Below, piece after piece: positions 16,875-25,668 of a DNA stretch of 32,000 nucleotides. The DNA is from an uncultured Chloroflexia bacterium (GTDB taxonomy: Bacteria; Chloroflexota; Ktedonobacteria; Ktedonobacterales; JADMIN01), in the NCBI GenBank assembly GCA_963718915.1, contig CAVRAI010000004.1:240001-272000 (forward strand). Direction: 5' to 3'. Positions within the stretch are counted from its first letter, which is position 1. Every line of letters begins with the position of its first letter. Position numbers and translations under genes: made by a program. The notes below the pieces were generated by a model. That model was not told the origin of the DNA. It made no database searches and saw only the letters and a program-made list of their open reading frames with translations.

Positions 16875-17600
16875 TCATCCCTTGAAGCGGTAGCCGACAC
16901 CGCGAACGGTCAGGATAAGCTGGGGATTGGCGGGATCAACCTCCAGCTTTTCGCGCAGCCAGCGCACGTAGACGTCCACCGTCCGGTTGTCGCCATCGTA
17001 TTCGTACCCCCAGACATGCTCTAGCAGCCGGTCGCGCGTCAAAACCGTGCCGCGATTGCGCACCATGTATGTGAGCAGATCGAAGAGGCGGGCGGGTAGC
17101 TCGATGGGCTGGTCATTCCGGAAGACCTCACGCCGATCTTCGTCGATGCGGATGTCGCCCGCCGCCATGATGTGTGAGCCGGGCTGGCCTGGCTCCGGAT
17201 CGTCATGTTGCCCGGAGAGGGGCAGTTCGCCGCGTCGCAGCAGCGCCCGCACGCGCGCCCGTAACTCGTTCCAGCTAAATGGCTTGGTCACGTAGTCGTC
17301 AGCGCCCATCTCCAGCCCAACGACGATATCGCTCTCCTCGCCGCGCGCCGTCAGCATCAGAATCGGCACGCTCGCCGTCTCTGGGCGGCTGCGCAGCTGG
17401 CGACACACGTCCAGCCCATCGAGGCGTGGCAGCATCAGGTCCAGCAATACCAGCGATGGCGGCTGCTGGCGGGCCACTTCGAGCGCGGTCACACCATCCG
17501 GCGCCGAGAGCACCAGATAGCCCTCGCGACGGAGGTTATACACAATCGTCTCCCGCAGTGCGGCATCATCCTCTACCACAAGCAGCGTGCGTTGGCTCAC
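16875..17600 (-). CDS. OmpR/PhoB-family response regulator, the Pho regulator by context
   Basis: Receiver domain LLVVEDD...LLDLMLPRLDG...LTARG. C-terminal winged helix ...LTVRGVGYRFKG. It is the last gene of the pst-phoU string. Confidence 0.9.
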   Translation of the reverse strand: MSQRTLLVVEDDAALRETIVYNLRREGYLVLSAPDGVTALEVARQQPPSLVLLDLMLPRLDGLDVCRQLRSRPETASVPILMLTARGEESDIVVGLEMGADDYVTKPFSWNELRARVRALLRRGELPLSGQHDDPEPGQPGSHIMAAGDIRIDEDRREVFRNDQPIELPARLFDLLTYMVRNRGTVLTRDRLLEHVWGYEYDGDNRTVDVYVRWLREKLEVDPANPQLILTVRGVGYRFKG

Positions 17601-17626
17601 GGTGGTGTCCCCCCGTCTGGACTCGC

Positions 17627-18280
17627 CTAGTTGAGTTCCTCGATAAGCCCCGACACCATGTAGATAACATCCTCGCAGATGTTGGTAACGCGGTCGCCAA
17701 TGCGCTCCAGATCGTGCGCGATGAACAGCAGACTGGTGGCCAATGGCACGGATGCTGAATCACGGGTCATCAGATTCAGCACCTCGTTGAAGATCAGCCG
17801 ATACTGCTGGTCTATCTCATCGTCCTTCACGCAAATCTCACGCGCCTGTTGCACATTGACATCCACAAACGCCTCGATGCAGGCACGTACCTGCTGGCGG
17901 ACGAGTTTGGCCAGTTCGCTCAGCTCATAGGCGATGGGCGAGGGTTCGTAGTCGCGGACGCGCAACGCCTGTTTTGCGATGCCCACCGCATGGTCAGCCA
18001 TGCGCTCAAGCTCGTTGATGGCCAGTTGAACAGTAATCAACTCGCGTAGATCGCGAGCAACTGGCGCCTGAAGCGCGATCACGTTGGTGCAGCGGCTGCG
18101 GATGGTGCGCTGCATCTCATTGACTTCGCCGTCGCTGGCAATGACCAATTCAGCCAGGTCGGCATCGCGTTGCGTCAGCGCCTGCATCGCTCGCGCAATC
18201 GCACTCTCCACTAACGTTGCCATTGTAATCACAGATTCTTCGATTTCGCGCAGTTCCTGATGAAATGTGTCTCTTGGCAT
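17627..18280 (-). CDS. phoU: Phosphate signalling regulator PhoU
   Basis: 217 aa, two PhoU repeats (…DDEIDQQY…, …ERIGDRVTNICE…), immediately downstream of pstB. Confidence 0.9.
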   Translation of the reverse strand: MPRDTFHQELREIEESVITMATLVESAIARAMQALTQRDADLAELVIASDGEVNEMQRTIRSRCTNVIALQAPVARDLRELITVQLAINELERMADHAVGIAKQALRVRDYEPSPIAYELSELAKLVRQQVRACIEAFVDVNVQQAREICVKDDEIDQQYRLIFNEVLNLMTRDSASVPLATSLLFIAHDLERIGDRVTNICEDVIYMVSGLIEELN

Positions 18281-18345
18281 AGTAACCTGACGATCCCTTT
18301 CACACGTATGCGGCTGTCATATGCCACCCGCACCTCTCAACCGCA

Positions 18346-19251
18346 TCACCCAAAGCGACCCGTGATGAAATCCTCCGTCTGTCGTTTCTGCGGACGTGAA
18401 AATAGCTGCCCGGTCGGCGCATATTCCACCATATTGCCGGTGAGAAAGAACCCGGTATACTGTGAGACGCGCGCCGCTTGCTGCAGATTGTGGGTGACGA
18501 TGGCAATAGTGTAGCGTTGCCGAAGCTGCTCGATCAGTTCCTCAATCTTGAGCGTCGCGATGGGGTCGAGCGCCGAGCATGGCTCGTCCATCAGGATCAC
18601 TTCGGGTTCTACCGCCAGCGCCCGCGCGATGCAGAGACGCTGCTGCTGGCCACCAGACAGGCTGAGCGCGCTCTGGTTGAGCCGATCCTTCACCTCATCC
18701 CACAGCGCCGCGCCGCGCAGACTCCGCTCCACCACCCCCTTCAGTTCGTTCGATTTGTGCCCCCCCTGAACCCGCAAACCATAAGCGACATTTTCAAATA
18801 TGGATTTCGGGAAAGGATTAGGGCGCTGAAAGACCATGCCCACCCGCTGACGCAGATGCACCACGTCGGCGTCTGACGCATAGATGTCCTCACCGTCAAG
18901 CAGGATCGTGCCCGTTATCCGAGCGGAAGGCGTCAGATCGTGCATGCGGTTGAGCGCCCGTAAGAAGGTAGATTTGCCGCAGCCAGACGGTCCCATTAGC
19001 GCCGTCACCTGGCCCTCGGGGATGTCTACGGAAATGTCTTTGATCGCATGCGTCTGGCCATAGTAGATGTTCAAATCATTGATACGAATCTTGACAGGAT
19101 CGGTGAGTTTTGCGATGGCGGGCTCGTCACCAGCAGACGTGCTAGTCCCGTTCGCTGCCCCTTCCGAGTTGTCTGATGTATCTGCTGGTCGAAGCTCCAT
19201 CGCCTGATTCTGCCTCTCAGCTACTATATATTGAAAAGTAGTTGGGTTCAT
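18346..19251 (-). CDS. pstB: Phosphate ABC transporter ATP-binding protein, second paralog, with an N-terminal extension of about 45 aa
   Basis: [29 protein letters not shown] and the C-terminal ...[10 protein letters not shown] typical of PstB. The ATGA start/stop overlap with the upstream pstB supports the start at 19251. Confidence 0.9.
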   Translation of the reverse strand: MNPTTFQYIVAERQNQAMELRPADTSDNSEGAANGTSTSAGDEPAIAKLTDPVKIRINDLNIYYGQTHAIKDISVDIPEGQVTALMGPSGCGKSTFLRALNRMHDLTPSARITGTILLDGEDIYASDADVVHLRQRVGMVFQRPNPFPKSIFENVAYGLRVQGGHKSNELKGVVERSLRGAALWDEVKDRLNQSALSLSGGQQQRLCIARALAVEPEVILMDEPCSALDPIATLKIEELIEQLRQRYTIAIVTHNLQQAARVSQYTGFFLTGNMVEYAPTGQLFSRPQKRQTEDFITGRFG

Positions 19252-20000
19252 CCGAATCGTCCTGTCACATAGTCCTCGGTTTCTTTACGCTCTGGTTGAG
19301 AGAAAATGGTTGCGGTAGCGCCAATCTCGATGAGACGCCCCTGGAGAAAGAACGCTGTCCGATCAGCGACACGGGCAGCTTGTTGCATGTTGTGTGTCAC
19401 CACTACGATGGTGTATTGCTGCTTGAGCCGATGCATGAGATCTTCGATTTGTTGTGTTGCGATGGGATCGAGCGCGGATGCGGGCTCATCCATCAGCAGA
19501 ACATGCGGCTCGACCGCCAGCGCTCGCGCGACACAGAGCCGCTGTTGTTGCCCACCGGAAAGCTGCGCGGCTGAGGTATGTAAGCGATCTTTTACCTCAT
19601 CCCAAATCGCCGCATGTCGAAGGCTCCGTTCCACAATTTCGCCTACTTCCCGCCTGGGAGCCAGTCCGTTGAGTCGAACACCAACCGCCACATTCTCGAA
19701 AATGCTGCGAGTAGGAAGCACGTTCGGCTGTTGAAAGACCATGCCAATCTGACGGCGTACGTAGATCGGGCGAATGGTTCGATCATAGATATCTGTGCCT
19801 TCGACAAGCACGGTTCCGGCTATTCGGGTTCCTGGCGCCTCCTCGTGCATGCGGTTGAGGCAACGTACAAATGTGGATTTACCGCATCCCGAGGGGCCGA
19901 TCAGGGCCGTGACCGAATGAGGCTGAATTGTTAGATTAATATCATGCAACGCCTGAGTTTTTCCGTACCATGCGTTTAGTTGTTTTACCTCAACCGTCAT
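19248..20000 (-). CDS. pstB: Phosphate ABC transporter ATP-binding protein PstB
   Basis: 250 aa canonical PstB: [29 protein letters not shown], ...[10 protein letters not shown]. Confidence 0.95.
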   Translation of the reverse strand: MTVEVKQLNAWYGKTQALHDINLTIQPHSVTALIGPSGCGKSTFVRCLNRMHEEAPGTRIAGTVLVEGTDIYDRTIRPIYVRRQIGMVFQQPNVLPTRSIFENVAVGVRLNGLAPRREVGEIVERSLRHAAIWDEVKDRLHTSAAQLSGGQQQRLCVARALAVEPHVLLMDEPASALDPIATQQIEDLMHRLKQQYTIVVVTHNMQQAARVADRTAFFLQGRLIEIGATATIFSQPERKETEDYVTGRFG

Positions 20001-20051
20001 TGATCATTTCTCTCCTGTCACTGGTATCCGGTAGGAAAACCCGATTCACGA

Positions 20052-20951
20052 TTAACGGCGAGTCTTGAAGCCGCCAGTTGCCCAGCGCACCGCCAGTGAC
20101 GTGATGATGACCAACATCATCAGCACAAATGATCCTGCATACGCCTGGTTGATCTGCACATCGTACGGACTGCGAGTGTAGTAAAAAACCTGTAGTGGTA
20201 GCGTCGCTATTGGCCGAAAAATATCCACATTGAAGAACTGGCTCCCAAACGCCGTCATCAGGAGAGGCGCAGTCTCTCCCGCAACGCGCGCAATGGCCAG
20301 CATAATACCTGTGATGATTCCGCTGATGGCGGCAGGCACCACAACCCGGAAGATCGTGCGTGACTCTGTCGCGCCAAGCGCTACCGAGGCTTCACGCAGC
20401 TCTTTCGGTACCAATCGAAGCACTTCTTCAGTTGTGCGTGCGACGGTTGGAATCATGATGATTGCCAGCGCCAGGCCGCCCGACAGCCCCGAAAATGAGT
20501 GCGACGGCACCACAATCAGCACCCAGATGAATAACCCGAAAATGATGGTAGGGAGACCGGTCAGCATATCTACCAGAAATCGTACTACAGTTGCCAGCCA
20601 GCCCCGGCCGAATTCCGCAAGATAGATGCCCGTAAACAGACCCAGCGGAATCCCGAAAAGCGCGGCTAATCCGACAACGAGCAGAGAGCCAACAATTGCA
20701 GGCTGCACGCCACCTCCCGACTCACCGAGGGGAGCTGGAGGCTGAGTGAAGAACGCAATGTTGAGGAAACGAAGCCCTTGTCGGGCAACGAAGACAATGA
20801 AATATGTCAGAAAGGCAATGGTGGCGACAGCGAATGCCGTTACGAGTGCCGCCGCTATGATAGCAATTACCCGGCGCCGAAGGTGCAATGAGCCTTTGGG
20901 CGGCGCAAACAAGCCAGATCGTTGCGCCTCGTTTTGCACGGTTATACTCAT
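20052..20951 (-). CDS. pstA: Phosphate ABC transporter permease PstA
   Basis: Multi-TM permease with an EAA-like loop (EASVALGATESRTIFRVVVP). It is the second permease in pstSCAB order and overlaps pstC by 4 nt. Confidence 0.9.
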   Translation of the reverse strand: MSITVQNEAQRSGLFAPPKGSLHLRRRVIAIIAAALVTAFAVATIAFLTYFIVFVARQGLRFLNIAFFTQPPAPLGESGGGVQPAIVGSLLVVGLAALFGIPLGLFTGIYLAEFGRGWLATVVRFLVDMLTGLPTIIFGLFIWVLIVVPSHSFSGLSGGLALAIIMIPTVARTTEEVLRLVPKELREASVALGATESRTIFRVVVPAAISGIITGIMLAIARVAGETAPLLMTAFGSQFFNVDIFRPIATLPLQVFYYTRSPYDVQINQAYAGSFVLMMLVIITSLAVRWATGGFKTRR

Positions 20952-21964
20952 TTCGAGACTCCCTCGGCGCGGAGTCGCCCCAACCGTGTGACTAGCACAC
21001 GCGCCAGGATATTCGTGATCAAGGTAATAATCAGCAGAAGCAGCCCAGCCTCCAGCACAGCCGAGACGAAAATTCCAGGTGTTGCTTCACCAAACTGGTT
21101 GGCAATGACACTGGCAAGTGTGTACCCCGTGTTGAACAAACTGAGGCTAGGCGGCGACGCCTGGTTGCCAATGACGCTTGTCACGACAATGGTCTCACCC
21201 AGGGCGCGCCCCAACCCCAAGAGCGCCGCGCCAGCGATACCAACACGCGAGAACGGGAGAACAGCGTAGCGGATAACTTCCCATCGCGTCGCTCCGAGCG
21301 CTAGCAACGCTTCCCGCTGTGACGTTGGAACATTGAGCATCACCTCGCGCGAAATTGCTGTAATGATGGGAATGATCATCACAGTAAGGAGCATGCCTGC
21401 CGCGAGCAGCCCTAAGCCGTGCGGCGTCCCCTGAAAAAATGGGAGAAAGCCGAAGTGCTGCTGTAACCAGGGTTCTCCTTTGAGTTGGAGCCACGGAACC
21501 ATGACCAGAAATCCCCATAGCCCAAGCACCACGCTCGGTATCGCTGCCAGCAAATCTAGCAAAAAGGCGAATGGCGCTCGTATGCGCCGTGGGCAATAGT
21601 CCACCAGAAAGATAGCTGTACCTACGCCAATCGGTAGTCCAAAGAGCAGCGCGAAGAGTGACGTGACAAAGGTGCCAAAGATAGCGGGTGCTACACCATA
21701 TTTGTTGTGAACGGGATCAAAGGCGTCATAGGTAAGATAACTCAGTCCATTGGTCGTGATTGATTGCCATGAAGTACTTACTAGCACCCAGGTTAAACCA
21801 AGAACAATTAGGATGACCACGGACACAAAGAATATCAAGGCCCCGCGAAATATGAGGTTGCCCGGTCGTCGTGCCTCGATGCGCAATCGTGTTCTCGCCT
21901 GTGCTATCCATTCACGCGTGCGTGCTCGGATGTCATTCAAAGATGCTTCTACGGGAATCTGCAC
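20948..21964 (-). CDS. pstC: Phosphate ABC transporter permease PstC
   Basis: Multi-TM permease with an EAA-like loop (REALLALGATRWEVIRYAVLP). It is the first permease after pstS. Confidence 0.9.
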   Translation of the reverse strand: MQIPVEASLNDIRARTREWIAQARTRLRIEARRPGNLIFRGALIFFVSVVILIVLGLTWVLVSTSWQSITTNGLSYLTYDAFDPVHNKYGVAPAIFGTFVTSLFALLFGLPIGVGTAIFLVDYCPRRIRAPFAFLLDLLAAIPSVVLGLWGFLVMVPWLQLKGEPWLQQHFGFLPFFQGTPHGLGLLAAGMLLTVMIIPIITAISREVMLNVPTSQREALLALGATRWEVIRYAVLPFSRVGIAGAALLGLGRALGETIVVTSVIGNQASPPSLSLFNTGYTLASVIANQFGEATPGIFVSAVLEAGLLLLIITLITNILARVLVTRLGRLRAEGVSK

Positions 21965-22146
21965 GTTGTATCACCACCCTCGCTATCGGTTGCGATCGGC
22001 TGTGTCTCTATTCGCTGCAAAGGGTTCCTTTTGCACATTGTGGCAGCCCTCCAGAGTATCGAGCCTGAGGAGACTCGTTGGAGGACTGCCCAATTTCTAG
22101 AGGGTAGCGGGCGATTTACCGCTATAGCCTCTTCACCAAAGTTAAA

Positions 22147-23265
22147 CTACCCTTTGTAGCAGGCGCTGCTACCGCATGTCATGGACTTGATCTGTGCCTC
22201 ATCCTTCTGGACGATGTTGGCAGGCAACGCGACGTAGCTGAGAGCCGCTGCATATTGCTGTCCGTCGTGCGTCATCCACCACAAGGTGTTTGCGAGTGCC
22301 TGGCCTTTGTCAGCATCGTTCTGCTTCTGGTAGACAATCACCCACGAGTAGCCGCTGATCGGATACGAACCAGCCCCTGGAGCATTTACAATGTAGAAGC
22401 GGAGGTCGGCGGGAATATCCGTGAAATTCGCAGCCGCTGTCTTGGTGCTGTCAAGTGATGGGGCAACGAAATCGCCATTCATGTTTTGCACCTGGGCATA
22501 TTGAATGGTGTTCGTCAGCACGTACGCTAGTTCGTTGTAGCCGATCGACCCGGCTGTGTTTTTGACCGCCGAGGCGACACCTGCGTTACCACTCGCGCCG
22601 ACGCCTGTTGGCCAGTTCAGGGTGTTGCCAGAGCCAACTTTGGTTGACCAGTCAGGGCTTACGGCTGCGAGATAGTGGCTGAAGATACCCGTCGTCCCGC
22701 TGCCATCGGACCGGTGAACTACCGTAATTGCTACGTGCGGCAGCGTCGTGCCGGAGTTCAACTGAGCAATTGAGGGATCGTCCCAAAACTTGATATTGCC
22801 CAGGAAGATGTTAGCCAGCACAGGTCCGGTCAACTTCAAGTGTGTGGAGGCATCAACCTGTGACAGATTGTACGAAATGGCGACTGCGCCAATCGTCACT
22901 GGAATGTGAATGATTGCACCGTTGGTGCTCTTTGCGAGATCAGAATCTTTCATTGGCGCATCGGTCGCACCGAAGTCTACCGTCTGCTGAAGTAGTTGCG
23001 TGATGCCAGCGCCGCTACCTACCGCTTGGTAGTTCACCTGAACCTTACAGTCGATTCCGGCATAAACAGTGAACTGCTTCGAGAAGAGTGGTGCGTCGAA
23101 CGTCGAGCCAGCGCCAGAAAGCGACGTGGTTGACGGACATGTGGCGCCAGCAGCCGTTGGCGTGGATGAAGTGCCACAGGCTGCAACAGCAAGACTGGCC
23201 ACAATCATGGCGCCTAGCGCCACCTTCGATCCAAGAGAACGAATCGCAGAGATGCGACCGAACAT
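22147..23265 (-). CDS. pstS: Phosphate-binding lipoprotein PstS
   Basis: Signal peptide plus lipobox LAVAAC. PstS motifs GAGSTF, YQAVGSGAG and SDGSGTT. Strong RBS GAGGAGG 5 nt upstream. Confidence 0.9.
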   Translation of the reverse strand: MFGRISAIRSLGSKVALGAMIVASLAVAACGTSSTPTAAGATCPSTTSLSGAGSTFDAPLFSKQFTVYAGIDCKVQVNYQAVGSGAGITQLLQQTVDFGATDAPMKDSDLAKSTNGAIIHIPVTIGAVAISYNLSQVDASTHLKLTGPVLANIFLGNIKFWDDPSIAQLNSGTTLPHVAITVVHRSDGSGTTGIFSHYLAAVSPDWSTKVGSGNTLNWPTGVGASGNAGVASAVKNTAGSIGYNELAYVLTNTIQYAQVQNMNGDFVAPSLDSTKTAAANFTDIPADLRFYIVNAPGAGSYPISGYSWVIVYQKQNDADKGQALANTLWWMTHDGQQYAAALSYVALPANIVQKDEAQIKSMTCGSSACYKG

Positions 23266-23378
23266 GATTCCTCCTCAAATCCCTCAACTGTTAAGAGCGT
23301 CGTTCGATAGCGAGCGGGTGTGGAGCGAGCATGCTTCGTCCAGTTCCTCAACTCGTCCATTGAGAACGTAGGATGTGT

Positions 23379-23422
23379 CTGTTAATGGTCCTTTGAACTT
23401 CTGTTAAGGTTCTGTTAAACCA
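23379..23422. promoter_or_regulatory. Pho-box array: four 11-bp units (CTGTTAAtggt / cCTTTGAActt / CTGTTAAggtt / CTGTTAAacca)
   Basis: CTGTTAA occurs at 23379, 23401 and 23412, with a degenerate copy at about 23390, so the period is exactly 11 bp. It resembles the E. coli Pho box (CTGTCAT repeats with 4-bp spacers). On the minus strand it reads TTAACA, the B. subtilis PhoP half-site. It lies in the divergent pstS/phoR intergenic region. Confidence 0.65.
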
Positions 23423-23532
23423 GACCCGAGGGCTTTCATGTACCCTGACTGAATGCGATACACTACGATCAGGTAGTGCGAGGCAGGGCATGGCATGCGC
23501 CAGGATGCCGCGAAGAACAGGGAAGAGTGAGG

Positions 23533-24933
23533 ATGAGCACGAGCGGTGAGATTCTGTTGCTGCTAGAGGCGTTCCTCGCGGGCATGATTGTCGTCGGTGC
23601 GGTCGCATGGCTGCAGCGGCGGATCGATGAGCGCAAACGGCAGGTTGCCGAGGAGCGGCGCTACACAGCGGAGCGGCAACTCGATAGTCGTCTGCATGAG
23701 ATCGCGCGCCTGCACGACATGACTGGCGTGCTGCTCGAAGCCTATCCGCGGCCGGTGCTCGTCACCGATCAGGACCGCGTCGTATTGTTCGCCAATAGCG
23801 CCGCGCTGGGACTCATCCAGCTCTCGCGCGAACAGGTGATTGGGCGCGTCGCCGCCAGCGTCATCCAGGACTATGAGACGATGCGCGTGCTGCTTGAAGC
23901 AGGGCAGAGCCAATCTCCGGTAGAGACGACCTTCCGTCGCGCTACGACGGGCCAGACCTGGCGCGTCTCGGTGACGCCGATCACAACACCCCGCCAGCCA
24001 TCCCCAGGCACACCTGAACTCGATCCCGCGCCCGATGTGCAGCGCATGATCGTCGTCATCGAAGATTTGACCGAACTGCGACGACTGGAGATCATGCGGC
24101 GCGATTTTGTAGCGCATGTCTCGCATGAGTTGCGCACACCGCTGGCGGCCGTCAAGCTGCTGACCGACACGTTGGCGGAGACTGTCGAAAGCGATCCGAT
24201 GGCGGCGCGTGGCTTCGCACGGCGCATCAGTGCCGAGATCGATCATCTGACGCAGATGGTCGCCGAGTTGCTGGAACTTTCGCGCATCGAGTCGGGCAAG
24301 ATCAAGCTGCGGACAGAAGCGGTGGAGATGGCCGGACTGATCGAGGCAAGCATTGATCGGATGAGTCCGCTTGCCGACGAGCGTAACATCCGCCTGGTGT
24401 TGGCGGTACCAGATGGTTTGCCCGATGCATGGGCGGATGCGAGCCGCGCGGGCGAGGTGCTGATCAATCTGATTCACAACGGCATCAAATACACGCTGCC
24501 AGGTGGCTCGGTTACGATTTCGGCGGAGGTGATGGAGACAAACACGACAGGTGAGCCGCTCAGCGCGGAACAGCATGCCCAGGTCGACGTAGTGTCTCGG
24601 CTCATGCTGGCGATTCATGTGGCGGATACGGGCGTTGGCATTCACGAGGACGATCTCCCACGAGTCTTCGAGCGCTTCTTCAAGGTGGACCGCGCCCGCA
24701 CACGCGAGATGGACGAGGCGGCGTTGCCGGAGACGCGCGCCGCGGCAGGCACCGGGCTGGGTCTCGCCATCGCGCGGCACCTGGTGGAGTTACATGGCGG
24801 GCGAGTCTGGGCGGAGAGTCGTGTGGGCCGGGGTAGTGTCTTCTCCTTCAGCCTGCCACTCGCCAGCGCGTCCGAACAAACGGCCGCCGTCGATCTGCCT
24901 GCCCCAGATGTCAATGCGCCCGCGCACCCGTAA
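23533..24933 (+). CDS. phoR: PhoR-like sensor histidine kinase
   Basis: N-terminal TM, PAS-like segment, HisKA FVAHVSHELRTPL, and HATPase N/G boxes (NLIHNGIKYT, DTGVGI, GTGLGLAI). The track ORF starts at 23476; the ATG at 23533 after GGAAGAGTGAGG is preferred. Confidence 0.85.
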   Translation: MSTSGEILLLLEAFLAGMIVVGAVAWLQRRIDERKRQVAEERRYTAERQLDSRLHEIARLHDMTGVLLEAYPRPVLVTDQDRVVLFANSAALGLIQLSREQVIGRVAASVIQDYETMRVLLEAGQSQSPVETTFRRATTGQTWRVSVTPITTPRQPSPGTPELDPAPDVQRMIVVIEDLTELRRLEIMRRDFVAHVSHELRTPLAAVKLLTDTLAETVESDPMAARGFARRISAEIDHLTQMVAELLELSRIESGKIKLRTEAVEMAGLIEASIDRMSPLADERNIRLVLAVPDGLPDAWADASRAGEVLINLIHNGIKYTLPGGSVTISAEVMETNTTGEPLSAEQHAQVDVVSRLMLAIHVADTGVGIHEDDLPRVFERFFKVDRARTREMDEAALPETRAAAGTGLGLAIARHLVELHGGRVWAESRVGRGSVFSFSLPLASASEQTAAVDLPAPDVNAPAHP

Positions 24934-24948
24934 CCCGCACGTTCACGC

Positions 24949-25470
24949 TTAATCGAGCGTGCGGTAGAAGAAGACCGAGGCGTCGAGGCTGCCGCTGGAG
25001 CTGCGGGCGTAGGCTGGGATAACGCCAGCTTCGATATATCCGAGCTTGCGGTATAACGCCTCAGCGACATCGCCCTGGCGGGTGTCGAGTACCAGTAGCG
25101 TGCGCCTTTGAGCGCGAGCAGCTTCTTCAACCGCCAGCATCAGTTGTCTGCCGATACCCTGACCACGTGCGGAACGCAAGACGCAAACCTTCTGCACCTC
25201 GGCGCGGTGCGATCCATTGGGCAGTGTCGCCAGGTCGAGTTGTGCGCTGCCAACCACAGCTTCATCCTCCGCGCGGGCGACGAGCAACACTCGGCTGCCC
25301 TGCTCCACTCTTGCGATCACATCTCGCCAGTAGTTACGCGCGACTGCGTCTTCGAGCGGGGCCAGGAAGCCAAGCGACGCGCCACCCGCGACGGCATCCT
25401 GCAGCAGCCGCGTCAGATCATCCAGATTATCTTGAGCCTCGTCTGCCGTCAGAGTTTCGATTCGAGCCAC
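24949..25470 (-). CDS. GNAT-family N-acetyltransferase
   Basis: Motif A VLRSARGQGIGRQLM. GTG start at 25470 preceded by GAGGAGA with a 6-nt spacer. The track ORF (to 26088) is an artefactual 5' extension that runs antisense into the PucR gene. Confidence 0.8.
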   Translation of the reverse strand: MARIETLTADEAQDNLDDLTRLLQDAVAGGASLGFLAPLEDAVARNYWRDVIARVEQGSRVLLVARAEDEAVVGSAQLDLATLPNGSHRAEVQKVCVLRSARGQGIGRQLMLAVEEAARAQRRTLLVLDTRQGDVAEALYRKLGYIEAGVIPAYARSSSGSLDASVFFYRTLD

Positions 25471-25668
25471 CAGTTGTCTCCTCTGCGCTATGTGGTTGAT
25501 TGCCTTCCATGATACGCTATGTCCCCGTTGCTGTGTGGGAGGTGATAGCTTGACCGATGGAAGAGGTATGCGAGCGCGCCTTGCGGCAGGTGAGGCGCGC
25601 ATGATATCCTGCATTTTAAGCGGGTTCGCCAATGGCGGCGAATATCCTCGACCGGCAAGGCAAACGGT

